Positions 17,734 through 27,430 of a stretch of 33,282 bases of DNA are shown piece by piece. Source of the DNA: Polaromonas sp. (lineage in GTDB: Bacteria > Pseudomonadota > Gammaproteobacteria > Burkholderiales > Burkholderiaceae_C). The stretch covers positions 1-33,282 of the forward strand of contig JAQGMN010000249.1 in assembly GCA_028292345.1 (NCBI GenBank). The letters are read 5' to 3'. The translations under genes were made by a program, and so were the position numbers. Every line of letters begins with the position of its first letter. Positions within the stretch are counted from its first letter, which is position 1. A model generated the notes under the pieces. That model was not told the origin of the DNA, ran no database searches, and saw only the letters and a list, made by a program, of their open reading frames with translations.

Positions 17734-18894
17734 ATGAAAAAACTTGTACTGGTCACCGCCATGTCGGTCACCCTGTTGGCGGCCTGCGGCAAAAAAGAGG
17801 AACCGGTGGCGGTGGCGCCTGCGCCAGCGCCCGTGGCCTCGGCCCCCGCGCTACCGGTCAATGCCGAGGAGAAGGTTCTCAACATCTACAACTGGCCCGA
17901 CTACATTCCCGAAGGCATGACCGCCGCCTTTGAGAAGGAAACCGGCATCAAGGTCAACTACGACACCTTCGAAACCAACGAGGCCCTGCATGCCAAGCTG
18001 GTGGCCGGCAACACCGGTTATGACATCGTGGTGCCGGGCACTGTGTTTGCCAAGTCCCAGATCGAAGGCGGGCTGCTGCAGCCGCTGGACAAGGCCAAGA
18101 TTGCGAACCTGGCCAATCTGGAGCCGGCCATCATGAACACGCTGACCAAGGCCGACCCGGGCAACAAGTATTTGGTGCCCTGGGCCTGGGGCTTCACCAC
18201 CGTGGGCATCAACAAGACCCGGGTGGACAAGGCGCTGGCCGGCCTGCCCTTGCCGGAAAACGCCTGGGACCTGGTGTTTGACCCCAAATACACCAGCAAG
18301 CTCAGGTCCTGCGGCATCGCCTACCTGGATTCGCCGACCGAAATCATGCCGGTGGCGCTGCACTACATCGGCAAGGAAGCCTATTCCAACAATCCGGCCG
18401 ACTACAAGGCGGCGGCCGACATGCTGTTCAAGGTCCGCAAGGACGTGCGCCTGTTCAGCGCCACCATGATCGACGACGTGGCCGGCGGCAAGGCCTGCGC
18501 GGTCATCGGCTGGTCGGGCGACATCAACATCGCGGCCAACCGGGCCAAGGAAAACGGCTCCAAGGAGGTCATCCAGGCCCTGCTGCCCAGCACCGGCGCG
18601 CTGCTGTTCGCCGACACCATGGCGCTGACCAAGGATGCCAAGCATCCCAACAATGCCCATGCCTTCATCAATTTCTACCTGCGGCCTGAAAACGCCGCGT
18701 CGGTGACCAACACGATGAACTATCCCACGGCCAACAAGGCGGCCATTCCCCAGGTCAAGCCGGAAATTTCCGGCAACAAGACCATCTTTGTCGAGCCCGA
18801 GTATTTCAGCAAGATGATTGCGCCGAGCAGCTTCACCAACGAAGCCCGCGAAGCCCTGGCCAACGCCTACAACAGCGTAAAAAAAGGCAAATGA
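17734..18894 (+). CDS. potF: Putrescine/polyamine ABC transporter substrate-binding lipoprotein
   Basis: LNIYNWPDYI, FEKETGIKV, GYDIVVP, IGWSGD, AHAFINF; lipobox LLAAC. Confidence 0.9.
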   Translation: MKKLVLVTAMSVTLLAACGKKEEPVAVAPAPAPVASAPALPVNAEEKVLNIYNWPDYIPEGMTAAFEKETGIKVNYDTFETNEALHAKLVAGNTGYDIVVPGTVFAKSQIEGGLLQPLDKAKIANLANLEPAIMNTLTKADPGNKYLVPWAWGFTTVGINKTRVDKALAGLPLPENAWDLVFDPKYTSKLRSCGIAYLDSPTEIMPVALHYIGKEAYSNNPADYKAAADMLFKVRKDVRLFSATMIDDVAGGKACAVIGWSGDINIAANRAKENGSKEVIQALLPSTGALLFADTMALTKDAKHPNNAHAFINFYLRPENAASVTNTMNYPTANKAAIPQVKPEISGNKTIFVEPEYFSKMIAPSSFTNEAREALANAYNSVKKGK

Positions 18895-19010
18895 CCTTCA
18901 TGCCCGGGGCGTGAGTCCGGGTTTTGCGGGCATGGCGCCGACGGGGCGTTGCGGTGCGCAACGGCCCTGGCTTTCAGTTGCGGAAGGACAGGCGGACATG
19001 GCGGCTGTTT

Positions 19011-19068
19011 GCTACTGTAACGATAGCGGTAAATGCAGGCACAGTGTGCGCAAAAAGCGATTTTGGTG
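19011..19068 (+). repeat. GCTAT-N7-ATAGC family repeat, copy D
   Basis: GCTACT-GTAAC-GATAGC followed in register by TGCGCAAAAAGCGATTTTGGTG. Confidence 0.7.
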
Positions 19069-19141
19069 CTCAAAATCCGTTTTTCCGGCCGGCACGGGCG
19101 CGCTGCGGCTTCCGGGGTACAAACAAACGCGGGATGGATGC

Positions 19142-20242
19142 ATGGCAGAAAACGATAGCAAAGCGGGCTACCTGGTCACCGAGAAGCTGGTCAAGCGTTT
19201 TGACGACGCGGTGGCGGTGGACGAGGTCTCGCTGTCGGTGAACCGGGGCGAGATCTTCGCGCTGCTGGGCAGTTCGGGCTGCGGCAAGTCCACGTTGCTG
19301 CGCATGCTGGCCGGGTTCGAGAAGCCCACCTCGGGCCGCATCCTGCTGGGCGGCGAGGACGTCGCCAGCCTGCAGCCCTACGAGCGGCCGATCAACATGA
19401 TGTTCCAGTCGTATGCGCTGTTTCCTCACCTCGACATCTGGGAAAACGTCGCCTTCGGGCTCAAGCGCGAGGGCCTGCCCAAGGCCCAGGTCCAGCAGCG
19501 GGTGGGCGAAATGCTCGACCTGGTCCAGCTCGGCCCCTATGCGAGGCGCAAGCCGCACCAGCTTTCGGGTGGGCAGCAGCAGCGGGTGGCGCTGGCCCGC
19601 AGCCTGGCCAAGCGGCCCAAGCTGCTGCTGCTCGATGAGCCGCTGGGCGCGCTGGACAAGAAACTGCGAGAGCAGACCCAGTTCGAACTGGTCAACATCA
19701 TCGAGAAAGTCGGCGTGACCTGCGTGATGGTGACCCACGACCAGGAAGAAGCCATGACCATGGCCGGCCGCATCGCGGTGATGAGCAAGGGCCGGGTGCT
19801 GCAGGTCGGCACGCCCGAAGAGGTGTACGAGCATCCGGCCAACCGCTTCGTCGCGGACTTCATCGGCAATGTCAACCTGTTCGAAGGCCGGCTCAGCGTG
19901 GACGAGATCGACCGCTGCGCCGCCGCCACCGGCATCGGTGAAATCCAGGTCGGCCACGGGGTGAGCGGCATGCTGAACATGCCGCTGGCCATTGCCGTGC
20001 GGCCCGAAAAAATCGAGATCGCCAAGCAGCGCCCGGCGGTGGACCGCAATCTCTTCACCGGCAAGGTCCAGGAAATCGCCTATTTCGGCTCCTACAACAC
20101 CTATATCGTGGTGGCCGAGGATGGCTCCCGCGTCCGCATCACCGAATCCAACACCTCGCGCCAGGACCAGAGCGACATCACCTGGGAAGACAAGGTGTAC
20201 TTCTGGTGGGACGATCGCGCCGGCATTGTCCTGCGCGATTGA
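19142..20242 (+). CDS. potG: Putrescine ABC transporter ATP-binding subunit
   Basis: Walker A GSSGCGKST, FQSYALFPH, LSGGQQQR, LLLDEP, C-terminal TOBE-like region. Confidence 0.92.
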   Translation: MAENDSKAGYLVTEKLVKRFDDAVAVDEVSLSVNRGEIFALLGSSGCGKSTLLRMLAGFEKPTSGRILLGGEDVASLQPYERPINMMFQSYALFPHLDIWENVAFGLKREGLPKAQVQQRVGEMLDLVQLGPYARRKPHQLSGGQQQRVALARSLAKRPKLLLLDEPLGALDKKLREQTQFELVNIIEKVGVTCVMVTHDQEEAMTMAGRIAVMSKGRVLQVGTPEEVYEHPANRFVADFIGNVNLFEGRLSVDEIDRCAAATGIGEIQVGHGVSGMLNMPLAIAVRPEKIEIAKQRPAVDRNLFTGKVQEIAYFGSYNTYIVVAEDGSRVRITESNTSRQDQSDITWEDKVYFWWDDRAGIVLRD

Positions 20243-20258
20243 CGCAACAAGAAACGCC

Positions 20259-21176
20259 ATGGCCGCTTTCACCTTTCCCATGCCCGGCAAGCGCTTCGTG
20301 ATCGGCGTGCCCTACCTGTGGCTGGTCGTGTTTTTTCTTTTGCCTTTTTTGATCCTGCTGTACATCAGCTTTGTCGACATGGGCAACGACATCAATCCGT
20401 TCAAGCCGATCTGGGACGCGCAAACCGGCCTGCTCAAGCTCAAGTACGAAAACTACGGATCGATTTTTCGCAGCAGCGAAGGCGGGGCGCTGTTCCAGAC
20501 GCTTTACATCGAGGCCTATCTGCGCTCGCTCTGGTATGCGCTGTGCACCGCCGTGCTGTGCCTGGCGGTCGGCTATCCGTTCGCCTATTTCCTCGCCCGT
20601 TCACCGTCCAGCGTTCGGCCTGCGCTGCTGATGATGGTGATGCTGCCCTTCTGGACCTCTTTTTTGCTGCGCGTCTATGCCTGGAAAGGCATCCTGGCCG
20701 ACCAGGGCGTGCTCAACCGGGCGCTGATGGCGCTCGGGCTCACGTCCGAGCCGATCCAGCTGCTCTACACCGACGTGTCGATGCTGGTCGGCATGACCTA
20801 TGTGTACCTGCCCTTCATGGTGCTGCCGCTGTACGCCAACCTGGTGAAGATGGATTTTCGCCTGCTCGAAGCCGCGCACGACCTGGGCGCCTCGCCCTTC
20901 AAGGCCTTCTGGCTGGTGACCGTGCCGCTGTCGCGGGCCGGCATCATCGCCGGATTCATGCTGGTGTTCATTCCCTGCGTGGGCGAGTTCGTCATTCCCT
21001 CGCTGCTGGGCGGTCCGGAAAACCTCATGATCGGACGCGTGGTCTGGGACGAGAAGTTCACCAGCAACAACTGGCCCCGGGCGACGGCGCTGGCGGTGGT
21101 CATGATCGGGCTGATCGTCGTGCCGCTGGCCATTTACTACCATTACACCGGCGATGCGGCCGAGCCAGAAAAGTAG
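20259..21176 (+). CDS. potH: Putrescine ABC transporter permease
   Basis: LPFWTSFLLRVYAW, YLPFMVLPLY, EAAHDLGA, GEFVIP. Confidence 0.9.
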   Translation: MAAFTFPMPGKRFVIGVPYLWLVVFFLLPFLILLYISFVDMGNDINPFKPIWDAQTGLLKLKYENYGSIFRSSEGGALFQTLYIEAYLRSLWYALCTAVLCLAVGYPFAYFLARSPSSVRPALLMMVMLPFWTSFLLRVYAWKGILADQGVLNRALMALGLTSEPIQLLYTDVSMLVGMTYVYLPFMVLPLYANLVKMDFRLLEAAHDLGASPFKAFWLVTVPLSRAGIIAGFMLVFIPCVGEFVIPSLLGGPENLMIGRVVWDEKFTSNNWPRATALAVVMIGLIVVPLAIYYHYTGDAAEPEK

Positions 21177-21183
21177 CCCGGCC

Positions 21184-22023
21184 ATGAAAAACATTCTGGA
21201 AAAGCATTTCGGCAAGCTGTGGCTGGGGCTCGTCTTCCTGTTCCTGTACCTGCCGCTGATTTTCATGGTCGTCTTTTCATTCAACAGCACCCGCCAGGAT
21301 GCGGAATTCACCGGTTTTTCGCTGCGCTGGTATGAGGCCTTGACGCGCGACACCAAGATCGTGGACGGCTTCTGGCTGTCGCTGAAAATCGCCACCGTGT
21401 CCGGCCTGCTGTCTGCCACGCTGGGCACTTTTTGCGCCTTCGTGCTGGTGCGCTACCGCCGCTTTCCAGGCCGCACCGCTTTCTCCGGCATGGTCAACGC
21501 GCCGCTGGTCATGCCCGAAGTGGTCATCGGGCTGTCGCTGCTGCTGCTGATGGTCGGCGCGCAAAACTTCCTGGGCTGGCCGCAGCGCGGCATGCTCACC
21601 ATCATCCTGGGCCATACGCTCCTGGGCATGGCGTATGCCATGGTGGTCGTCCAGTCAAGGCTGCTGGAAATGAACCGCTCGATCGAGGAAGCGGCAATGG
21701 ACCTGGGCGCCCGGCCGCACCAGGTGTTCTTCCTGATCACGTTCCCAAATATTTTCCAGGCCATCCTGGCTGCTTTCCTGCTGTCCTTCACCCTGTCGTT
21801 CGATGATGTGGTGATAGCGGAATTCCTCTCCGGGCCGGGTGTCAACACGCTGCCGCAGGTGATCTTTGGCTATGCGCGGCGCGGCATCAATCCGACGATC
21901 TATGCGGCTGCGACATTGCTGATCGCCACGGTGACGGTGGCCATTGTTGGCTACAGCGTCTGGATGGCGCGGAAAACCCGGCAGCGTGAACGCGAAATTT
22001 CCGCCGCGACCCGGACCCACTGA
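21184..22023 (+). CDS. potI: Putrescine ABC transporter permease
   Basis: FLYLPL, GFSLRWY, PLVMPEVV, EEAAMDLGA, SFDDVV. Confidence 0.9.
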   Translation: MKNILEKHFGKLWLGLVFLFLYLPLIFMVVFSFNSTRQDAEFTGFSLRWYEALTRDTKIVDGFWLSLKIATVSGLLSATLGTFCAFVLVRYRRFPGRTAFSGMVNAPLVMPEVVIGLSLLLLMVGAQNFLGWPQRGMLTIILGHTLLGMAYAMVVVQSRLLEMNRSIEEAAMDLGARPHQVFFLITFPNIFQAILAAFLLSFTLSFDDVVIAEFLSGPGVNTLPQVIFGYARRGINPTIYAAATLLIATVTVAIVGYSVWMARKTRQREREISAATRTH

Positions 22024-22107
22024 TGTCGCTCCCTGGCGCGTGACCCGACATGTGCTTGGTTCAGCTTGAACGGGCCGAGAGAAATGATGAGCCACTTCAG
22101 GATTCAA

Positions 22108-22290
22108 TTTTCACTTGTCAGAAATTTTTATCGCATTATGAAATCAAGTTGAGATGACGTCCATTTGCAATGAGCGTAATGAGAAAAGCTTTTTCATATA
22201 ATGAAATAGTCTGCCAAGTAGTTGATTTTCCTAGAGAAATTTACTCTTATATAAGACATAAGAGATAGATTTAGTCTTGTAGAAGACTTA
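22108..22290. promoter_or_regulatory. aceA control region with several operator-like sites
   Basis: TTTCAT-ATA-ATGAAA (22192-22206), IHF consensus AATCAA-CTAC-TTG on the minus strand (22215-22227), TCTTATATAAGA-CATAAGA (22245-22263), AGTCTT-N4-AAGACT (22273-22288). Confidence 0.7.
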
Positions 22291-22330
22291 AAATAAAACC
22301 ACCTTTTCTTTTCAACTAACGGAGTTCACC

Positions 22331-23650
22331 ATGCCCCAAAGTCTTACCGAGCAACTCAGCCGCGCCCAGCAAATCGAAGCCCTTGAAAAAGACTGGGCGA
22401 CCAACCCCCGCTGGAAAGGCATCAAGCGCGGCTACAGCGCCGCCGACGTGGTTCGCCTTCGCGGCTCTTTCCCGATCGAGCACACGCTGGCGCGCCGTGG
22501 CGCTGAAAAGCTCTGGGGCCTGGTGAACAACGAGCCCTACGTCAACTGTCTTGGCGCCTTGACCGGTGGCCAGGCGATGCAGCAGGTGAAGGCCGGCGTC
22601 AAGGCCATCTACCTGTCGGGCTGGCAAGTCGCCGCCGACAACAACGGTTATGCCGCCATGTACCCCGACCAGTCCCTGTACCCGGTCGACTCGGTGCCAA
22701 AAGTCGTCGAGCGCATCAACAACACCTTCCGCCGCGCCGACGAAATCCAGCATTCCAAGGGCATTGACGCAGGCGACGCCAACTACATCGACAACTTCGC
22801 GCCCATCGTGGCCGATGCCGAAGCCGGTTTCGGCGGCGTGCTGAACGCCTTTGAACTGATGAAGGCGATGATTGCTTCCGGCGCGGCCGGCGTTCACTTT
22901 GAAGACCAGCTCGCTTCCGTGAAGAAATGCGGCCACATGGGCGGCAAGGTGCTGGTGCCTACCGCCGAAGCCTGCCAAAAACTGATCGCTGCCCGGATGG
23001 CGGCCGACGTTTGCGGCGTGCCCACCCTGGTGATTGCCCGTACCGATGCCGAAGCTGCCGACCTGCTGACCAGCGACTACGACGAGAACGACAAGCCATT
23101 CATCACTGGTGAACGCACCGCCGAAGGCTTCTACAAGACCAACAAGGGCATGGACCAGGCGATTTCCCGCGCTGTGGCCTACGCCCATTACGCCGATCTG
23201 GTGTGGTGCGAAACCGGCACGCCCGACCTGGAGTTTGCCAAGAAATTCGCCGACGCCGTGCATGCGGTCCACCCCGGCAAGATGCTGGCTTACAACTGCT
23301 CGCCATCGTTCAACTGGAAGAAAAACCTGGACGATGCGACCATCGCCAAGTTCCAGAAAGAGCTCGGCGCCATGGGTTACAAGTACCAGTTCATCACGCT
23401 GGCTGGCATCCATTCCATGTGGTACAACATGTTCGACCTGGCGCAGGACTATGTGGCGCGCGGCATGACGGCGTACATCGAGAAAGTGCAGGAGCCCGAG
23501 TTTGCAGCCCGCGACCGTGGCTACACCTTCGTGTCGCACCAGCAGGAGGTCGGCACCGGCTACTTTGATGAAGTCACCACTGTGATCCAGGGCGGCAAGT
23601 CGAGCGTGACCGCGCTGACCGACTCGACCGAAGAAGAGCAGTTCCACTGA
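22331..23650 (+). CDS. aceA: Isocitrate lyase
   Basis: Signature [39 protein letters not shown]-terminal STEEEQF. Confidence 0.98.
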   Translation: MPQSLTEQLSRAQQIEALEKDWATNPRWKGIKRGYSAADVVRLRGSFPIEHTLARRGAEKLWGLVNNEPYVNCLGALTGGQAMQQVKAGVKAIYLSGWQVAADNNGYAAMYPDQSLYPVDSVPKVVERINNTFRRADEIQHSKGIDAGDANYIDNFAPIVADAEAGFGGVLNAFELMKAMIASGAAGVHFEDQLASVKKCGHMGGKVLVPTAEACQKLIAARMAADVCGVPTLVIARTDAEAADLLTSDYDENDKPFITGERTAEGFYKTNKGMDQAISRAVAYAHYADLVWCETGTPDLEFAKKFADAVHAVHPGKMLAYNCSPSFNWKKNLDDATIAKFQKELGAMGYKYQFITLAGIHSMWYNMFDLAQDYVARGMTAYIEKVQEPEFAARDRGYTFVSHQQEVGTGYFDEVTTVIQGGKSSVTALTDSTEEEQFH

Positions 23651-23677
23651 TCCAGCAGTCAGGGTAAGCTGAACGCC

Positions 23678-23718
23678 AAGGCCTTGGGCAACCCGCAGCG
23701 GTGGCCCAAGGCCTTTTT
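23678..23718 (+). terminator. Rho-independent terminator of aceA
   Basis: AAGGCCTTGGGC...GCCCAAGGCCTT stem followed by a T run. Confidence 0.85.
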
Positions 23719-23794
23719 CGGGGTGCAGGCGTGATGACTGCGGTTAAAATCATCTGACATTTACGACAACAAGAGCGAGAAAGGCAAACTGGTT

Positions 23795-23845
23795 ATGACA
23801 CCGCGAACTAAAACGGCGAAGTTTTTAAAGCTTACGAAGCCGTAG
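23795..23845 (+). CDS. Putative thrS leader peptide [16 protein letters not shown]
   Basis: 16 codons, 4 Thr; GAAAGG upstream; lies between a TAAAAT -10 box (23745-23750) and a terminator preceding thrS. Below the ORF-track size cutoff. Confidence 0.72.
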   Translation: MTPRTKTAKFLKLTKP

Positions 23846-23914
23846 TCCGCGCGCCTCGTGCGCTGCCAGCTACCAAATTCATAGTAAAGCGCGGTTCGAT
23901 CCGCGTTTTTTTTT
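23846..23914 (+). terminator. thrS attenuator (terminator/antiterminator)
   Basis: Terminator AAAGCGCGG-TTCGAT-CCGCG followed by 9 T (23886-23914); CCGCGC (23847-23852) can alternatively pair with GCGCGG (23889-23894). Confidence 0.75.
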
Positions 23915-23940
23915 GCCCAACGCCATTTTTTCTTTTCACC

Positions 23941-25848
23941 ATGATTCAAATCACACTTCCTGACAGTTCCAAACGTGAATACCCCCAGGCCGTCACGGTG
24001 GCCGACGTGGCCGCGTCAATCGGCACCGGCCTGGCCAAGGCTGCCCTGGGCGGCAAAGTGGATGGCAAACTGGTCGATACCAGCTACCTGATTGACAAGG
24101 ACAGCGCGGTGTCGATCATCACCGCCAAGGACGCCGACGGCCTGGAACTGATTCGCCATTCCGCCGCGCACCTGCTGGCATATGCCGTCAAGGAACTGTT
24201 CCCTGAAGTGCAGGTGACCATTGGACCGGTGATTGAGAACGGATTTTTCTACGATTTTTCGTACAAACGGCCGTTTACACCCGAAGATCTGCTGGCCATC
24301 GAAAAGCGGATGATCGAATTGGCCGCCAGGGATGAGCCCGTGACGCGCCGCGTCCTGCCGCGCGATGAAGCCGTCGCTTATTTCAAAAGCCTGGGCGAGC
24401 ATTACAAGGCCGAAATCATTGCCAGCATTCCGGCCAATGAAGACGTGTCCTTGTACCGCGAAGGCGCTTTCGAGGACTTGTGCCGTGGCCCTCACGTGCC
24501 GAGCACAGGGAAGCTGAAGTTTTTCAAGCTCATGAAAGTTGCTGGCGCCTACTGGCGCGGCGACCACCACAACGAAATGCTGCAACGCATCTACGGCACG
24601 GCCTGGGCCACCAAAGACGAGTTGCAGCAGTATTTGACAATGCTCGAGGAAGCCGACAAGCGGGACCATCGCAAGCTCGGCAAGGAACTCGACCTATTCC
24701 ATATCGATGATCACGCGCCGGGCCTGGTGTTCTGGCACCCGAAGGGCTGGACTGTCTGGCAGGGCGTGGAGCAGTACATGCGCAAGGTGTACCAGGACAA
24801 TGGTTATCAGGAAGTCAAAGGTCCGCAACTGCTGGACAAGACGCTTTGGGAAAAAACCGGCCACTGGGACAAGTACCGCGACAACATGTTCACGACCGAG
24901 AGCGAAAAGCGCGATTTCGCCTTGAAGCCGATGAACTGCCCCGGCCACATCCTGATTTTCAAGCAGGGCATCAAGAGCTATCGCGATCTGCCGCTGCGCT
25001 ACGGCGAGTTCGGACAGTGCCATCGCAACGAGCCCACGGGCGGCCTGCATGGCATCATGCGCGTTCGCGGATTCACCCAGGACGACGGCCACATTTTCTG
25101 TACCGAAGATCAGATTCTCAAGGAATGCGTGGACTACACGACGCTCCTGCAAAAAGTCTATGCCGACTTTGGCTTCAAAAACATCATCTACAAGGTCGCC
25201 ACACGTCCCGACGCCCGCATTGGCTCTGACGAAAGCTGGGACAAGGCCGAGCACGCACTGATCGAAAGCCTGCGCGCCTCGGGTTGTGAATTCGAGATTT
25301 CCCCGGGCGAGGGCGCGTTTTACGGCCCGAAAATTGAATACACGCTCAAAGATGCCATCGGCAGGCAGTGGCAGTGCGGAACGATCCAGGTTGATTTCTC
25401 AATGCCCGAGCGCCTCGATGCCGAGTACGTGGGTGAGGATGGCGCGCGCCATCGGCCCGTGATGCTGCACCGCGCCATTGTCGGAAGCATGGAGCGATTT
25501 ATTGGAATTTTGATTGAAGAACATGCTGGCGCATTGCCTACCTGGCTTGCGCCAGAGCAGGTTTCTGTGCTGACTATCACCGATGCGCAGGCCGATTACG
25601 CCAAAAGAGTTGCTAAAATGCTGCAGAATCAAGGGCTTAGGGTCAACCTTGATCTGCGTAACGAGAAAATAACGTATAAAATACGCGAGCACTCTTTGCA
25701 AAAGCTTCCTTTTATCCTCGTCGTAGGTGACAAAGAAATGGCAGCCGGCGCAGTTTCAGTGCGTGCCCGGGGTAATAAAGACCTTGGCGTAATGTCCCTT
25801 GAAGCGTTTTTCAATCGAATTGCTTCCGACATTGCTCAAAAAGCCTGA
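23941..25848 (+). CDS. thrS: Threonine--tRNA ligase
   Basis: [52 protein letters not shown]. Confidence 0.99.
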   Translation: MIQITLPDSSKREYPQAVTVADVAASIGTGLAKAALGGKVDGKLVDTSYLIDKDSAVSIITAKDADGLELIRHSAAHLLAYAVKELFPEVQVTIGPVIENGFFYDFSYKRPFTPEDLLAIEKRMIELAARDEPVTRRVLPRDEAVAYFKSLGEHYKAEIIASIPANEDVSLYREGAFEDLCRGPHVPSTGKLKFFKLMKVAGAYWRGDHHNEMLQRIYGTAWATKDELQQYLTMLEEADKRDHRKLGKELDLFHIDDHAPGLVFWHPKGWTVWQGVEQYMRKVYQDNGYQEVKGPQLLDKTLWEKTGHWDKYRDNMFTTESEKRDFALKPMNCPGHILIFKQGIKSYRDLPLRYGEFGQCHRNEPTGGLHGIMRVRGFTQDDGHIFCTEDQILKECVDYTTLLQKVYADFGFKNIIYKVATRPDARIGSDESWDKAEHALIESLRASGCEFEISPGEGAFYGPKIEYTLKDAIGRQWQCGTIQVDFSMPERLDAEYVGEDGARHRPVMLHRAIVGSMERFIGILIEEHAGALPTWLAPEQVSVLTITDAQADYAKRVAKMLQNQGLRVNLDLRNEKITYKIREHSLQKLPFILVVGDKEMAAGAVSVRARGNKDLGVMSLEAFFNRIASDIAQKA

Positions 25849-25863
25849 TGAGTTCGCAACTAT

Positions 25864-25921
25864 GGTGAACAAAGGCTAAAGCCCTTAAAGGGCGGGCGCA
25901 AGCAGCTATAGCTTTTATAGC
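25864..25921 (-). repeat. GCTAT-N7-ATAGC family repeat, copy E
   Basis: Minus strand reads GCTATA-AAAGC-TATAGC TGCTTGCGCC-N9-AGGGCTTTAGCC. Confidence 0.75.
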
Positions 25922-25942
25922 AAAAATTAAAGGATTCGAACC

Positions 25943-26521
25943 ATCGCTACAGAATTTCGTGACCGCCGTCACCGTGAAGAACGTAAGCATCGCTTAAATC
26001 GTGAAATCATGGCCCCCGAAGTACGCCTTTCCGGGCCGGACAATGAGCCTTTGGGCATTGTCAGTCTGATGGAGGCGTTGCGTCTGGCTGGTGAAGCGGA
26101 TGTGGATCTGGTTGAGATTTCACCCACGGCTATTCCGCCTGTTTGCCGGCTCATGGATTACGGAAAATTCAAGTACGCCGAACAGAAGAAAGCTGCCGAG
26201 GCGAAGTCAAAGCAAAAAGTGATCGAGGTCAAGGAAGTCAAGTTCCGGCCCGGCACCGATGATGGCGACTACAACATCAAGCTACGCAACATCAAGCGTT
26301 TTCTTGAGGACGGCGACAAGTGCAAAATCACGCTGCGCTTTCGTGGCCGGGAAATCACGCATCAGGAGTTGGGTCTGGCCTTGTTGGCACGCATTCGCGA
26401 TGAGTTGGCAGACTTGATTTTGGTCGAGCAGTTTCCAAAGCTTGAGGGCCGGCAGATGGTGATGATGATTGCACCTGGCCGCAAGAAGGTGGCTCCGAAG
26501 GCTTCGGCAGAGGTGGCTTGA
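25943..26521 (+). CDS. infC: Translation initiation factor IF-3, non-canonical ATC start
   Basis: [32 protein letters not shown]. The conserved N-terminus (HRLNREI) extends upstream of ATG 26009 to an in-frame ATC at 25943 preceded by AAAGGA. Confidence 0.95.
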   Translation: MATEFRDRRHREERKHRLNREIMAPEVRLSGPDNEPLGIVSLMEALRLAGEADVDLVEISPTAIPPVCRLMDYGKFKYAEQKKAAEAKSKQKVIEVKEVKFRPGTDDGDYNIKLRNIKRFLEDGDKCKITLRFRGREITHQELGLALLARIRDELADLILVEQFPKLEGRQMVMMIAPGRKKVAPKASAEVA

Positions 26522-26697
26522 GTCTTGTTTGGCATGCTGCGTCCGAGCCTTCCAATCAGTTAGAAGGCTCCCAAGGCAATCAATAATCGGTGCATCTAAA
26601 TCATGTTCCCGTGATTTCCGGCGTTTAGCTGGATTTCCAAAAGTGGCGGTGTGAAACCCGTTGCGCCAATGGCAAGCGTCAAACCTTGTCATTACAA

Positions 26698-26748
26698 GTG
26701 GCTCGGGGCCATCAAGTCTGCGAAAGTTTCGCAGCGCCTCACGAGCAC
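26698..26748 (+). promoter_or_regulatory. Stem-loop in the rpmI leader, candidate L20 autoregulatory element
   Basis: GTGGCTCGGGGC...GCCTCACGAGCAC encloses CTGCGAA-AGT-TTCGCAG, just upstream of the rpmI RBS. Confidence 0.45.
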
Positions 26749-26768
26749 AAACGAAAAGGAGCATACAC

Positions 26769-26972
26769 ATGCCCAAAATGAAGACCAAAAGCGGCGCTAA
26801 AAAGCGTTTCCGCGTTCGTCCAGGTGGCACCGTCAAACGTGGCCAAGCCTTCAAACGTCACATCCTGACCAAGAAGACCACCAAAAACAAACGTCAACTG
26901 CGTGGATCGGTCGCTGTTCATGAGACCAATATGGGTCACATGGCGCAGATGCTGCCAGGCCGTGGCATTTAA
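26769..26972 (+). CDS. rpmI: 50S ribosomal protein L35
   Basis: [14 protein letters not shown]...HILTKK; AAGGAG RBS. Confidence 0.98.
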   Translation: MPKMKTKSGAKKRFRVRPGGTVKRGQAFKRHILTKKTTKNKRQLRGSVAVHETNMGHMAQMLPGRGI

Positions 26973-26997
26973 TTCAACGACGAACAAGGAGTAATAC

Positions 26998-27357
26998 ATG
27001 CCTCGCGTCAAACGTGGTGTAACGGCTCGCGCCCGCCACAAAAAAGTTCTAGCCCTTGCCAAAGGTTTTCGCGGTCGCCGCGGTAATGTCTTCCGGATCG
27101 CTAAAGAAGCGGTAATGAAGGCAGGGCAATATGCCTACCGTGACCGTCGTAACAAGAAGCGTGTGTTCCGCCGACTGTGGATCGCCCGTATCAACGCCGC
27201 AAGCCGTTCATTTGGCCTGACCTACAGCCAGTTTGCCAATGGCCTGAAAAAAGCGGGCATCGAGATCGACCGCAAGGTCTTGTCCGACATGGCGATTCAC
27301 GACAGCGCTGCCTTTGGCGCCATCGTCGAGCAGGCCAAAGCCAAGCTGGCTGCCTGA
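26998..27357 (+). CDS. rplT: 50S ribosomal protein L20
   Basis: [29 protein letters not shown]. Confidence 0.99.
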   Translation: MPRVKRGVTARARHKKVLALAKGFRGRRGNVFRIAKEAVMKAGQYAYRDRRNKKRVFRRLWIARINAASRSFGLTYSQFANGLKKAGIEIDRKVLSDMAIHDSAAFGAIVEQAKAKLAA

Positions 27358-27372
27358 TTTTCAGGATAGTAC

Positions 27373-27430
27373 GCTATTAAATAAATAGCTGCTTATGTAG
27401 GAAAATAGAGGGCTAGAGCTTGAAAAGGCT
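27373..27430 (+). repeat. GCTAT-N7-ATAGC family repeat, copy F
   Basis: GCTATT-AAATA-AATAGC TGCTTATGTA-N9-AGGGCTAGAGCTTGAAAAGGCT. Confidence 0.78.

Noticed and set aside
22316-23647. 443-aa ORF antisense to aceA
   Set aside because: Mirror-frame shadow of a strongly codon-biased gene; no motifs.
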